A DNA stretch of 64,000 nt from Escherichia coli (lineage in GTDB: Bacteria > Pseudomonadota > Gammaproteobacteria > Enterobacterales > Enterobacteriaceae), in assembly GCF_029227855.1 (NCBI RefSeq), contig NZ_CP074356.1; one strand, written 5' to 3'. Numbering within the stretch: position 1 is the first letter of the stretch; each line of letters opens with the position of its first letter. This document shows positions 62,779 to 64,000 of the stretch, in pieces. A program made the translations under genes and the position numbers. The notes under the pieces were generated by a model. That model was not told where the DNA came from. It saw nothing but the letters and a program-made list of their open reading frames with translations, and made no database searches.

Positions 62779-64000
62779 TTATGGCATTACGCCATCAGTC
62801 AGATAGTTGCCATGCTTAACCGCGTAACGCCGCCAGATCAGGAGAATTGCAGTCGAGATTGCAGCCCCCACCAATGCCGCACCAAACCAGCCAATTGCCG
62901 CCATAACACCGCCCGCGCCATTATCATGAAGTAAAAAGAGCGAGAAAATGCCGGCACCGGGTGTCGAAAGGCCGATATTCATCGCGCCGACAATAGCGCC
63001 CGTTACCATAGAGCCCAGCACAAACGAACCAATAACCCGCAGCGGATCTTCAATCGCCATCGGGATCGCCCCTTCGGTAATACCTGCCAGCCCTAACAGC
63101 CAGGTGGATTTCCCGGTCTCAATTTCAAACTCTTTAAACAGGCGCGGTGCGAGCATCGTGGAAGCGGTTACGGTAAATGCCGAAACCATTTTGACGGAGG
63201 CGAAAATGGCATACGGGCCGTAAACGCCGTTCGCCATTGCGCCCAGGCAGAATGCATAAGCGGCTTTGTTCACTGGCCCTCCAAGGTCAAAGGAACACAT
63301 AAAACCGAGAATGGCACCCAGCAACAGCGCGTTACTTCCTGACAGACCGTTCAGCCAGGCGGTAAGCGAGTTATTGATCCAGGCGACAGGTTCCCCCACC
63401 ACAAACAGCATCAGACTGCCCGCTCCCAACGTACCGAGCACCGGGTAGAGATAAAAAGTCAGGAATCCATTGAATTTACTGCTAAGACGTAAGTGATTTT
63501 TCACCCAGCGCATCAGATAACCGGCTATCAATCCGCCAACGACCGCGCCGAGAAACCCGGAACCGATCATGTTGGCGGCAAGTCCAGCCGCAAAGCCCGG
63601 CGCTAACGCCGGTTTATCTGCCAGCGAATAGGCGGTATAGGCTGCCAGCACCGGCACCATCAAAATCCCGAGCATCCCGCCGCCCAGTTTGCGGTACATC
63701 CACAACCAGGAGTTTTCTTCATTAAATAGATCTTGTAGCCCGAAGATTTGCGACAGTAATACCGCAACCGCCAGCACCGTACCCCCCGCGACAATCAACG
63801 GCACGGCGAAAGAGATCCCGCTTAACAGCGCCTGTTTCAGCTCCGTTTTGACGCTTTTCGCCGGTTGCGTATCTTGCTGTACGGTACGCGTCTCACCGCT
63901 ACGCTCGAGGGTCAGTGCTTGTTGGATCAACGCTTCAGCATGGCGAATCGGCTCGGCAACAGGCACTGAAAGCGCGGGAATGCCGTTAAAACGCTCACTC
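62779..64000 (-). CDS. mngA: PTS 2-O-alpha-mannosyl-D-glycerate EIIABC component. The C-terminal EIIC part is present and the 5' end lies beyond the window.
   Basis: The frame stays open to the window end (...[27 protein letters not shown]...). It is a fructose-family EIIC membrane domain. The M at 63966 in the track is an internal GTG codon. Confidence 0.9.
   Translation of the reverse strand, partial: SERFNGIPALSVPVAEPIRHAEALIQQALTLERSGETRTVQQDTQPAKSVKTELKQALLSGISFAVPLIVAGGTVLAVAVLLSQIFGLQDLFNEENSWLWMYRKLGGGMLGILMVPVLAAYTAYSLADKPALAPGFAAGLAANMIGSGFLGAVVGGLIAGYLMRWVKNHLRLSSKFNGFLTFYLYPVLGTLGAGSLMLFVVGEPVAWINNSLTAWLNGLSGSNALLLGAILGFMCSFDLGGPVNKAAYAFCLGAMANGVYGPYAIFASVKMVSAFTVTASTMLAPRLFKEFEIETGKSTWLLGLAGITEGAIPMAIEDPLRVIGSFVLGSMVTGAIVGAMNIGLSTPGAGIFSLFLLHDNGAGGVMAAIGWFGAALVGAAISTAILLIWRRYAVKHGNYLTDGVMP

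Overview
This window is Escherichia coli chromosome. It is colinear with the K-12 uvrB-bio-ybh-mod-gal-gpmA-aroG-zitB-pnuC-nadA-lysT tRNA operon-tol/pal-cydABX region and ends in mngB-mngA, read in the reverse of K-12 numbering. All identifications come from my own reading and translation of the sequence, compared with protein and operator sequences I remember. No database search was possible.

Two segments are not part of the K-12-type backbone:
- An IS200-family insertion sequence lies between gpmA and aroG (about 28.3-29.0 kb).
- An accessory island of about 15 kb (about 44.9-60.0 kb) is wedged between the cydA upstream region and mngB.

The island encodes a coenzyme-B12-dependent methylaspartate (mesaconate) pathway for glutamate:
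- glutamate mutase S/L/E
- methylaspartate ammonia-lyase
- a class I fumarase/mesaconase
- a DAACS-family transporter
- its own cob(I)alamin adenosyltransferase

The island also carries genes with no assigned role, and these are the most promising places to look for new biology:
- two AT-rich orphan ORFs
- a translationally coupled DUF1446(AtuA-like)/DUF4387 pair inside the operon
- a LysR regulator
- a stand-alone RtcB-family RNA ligase homologue

Other observations:
- two ERIC repeats
- tRNA-Lys 3'-end fragment repeats within the lysT operon
- a longer TolA domain II repeat tract
- the uncharacterised core ybhJ-ybhI-ybhH/ybhD module, which resembles AcnD/PrpF

Three real genes are missing from the supplied ORF track: uvrB (runs off the window edge), acrZ and cydX (both under 60 aa).
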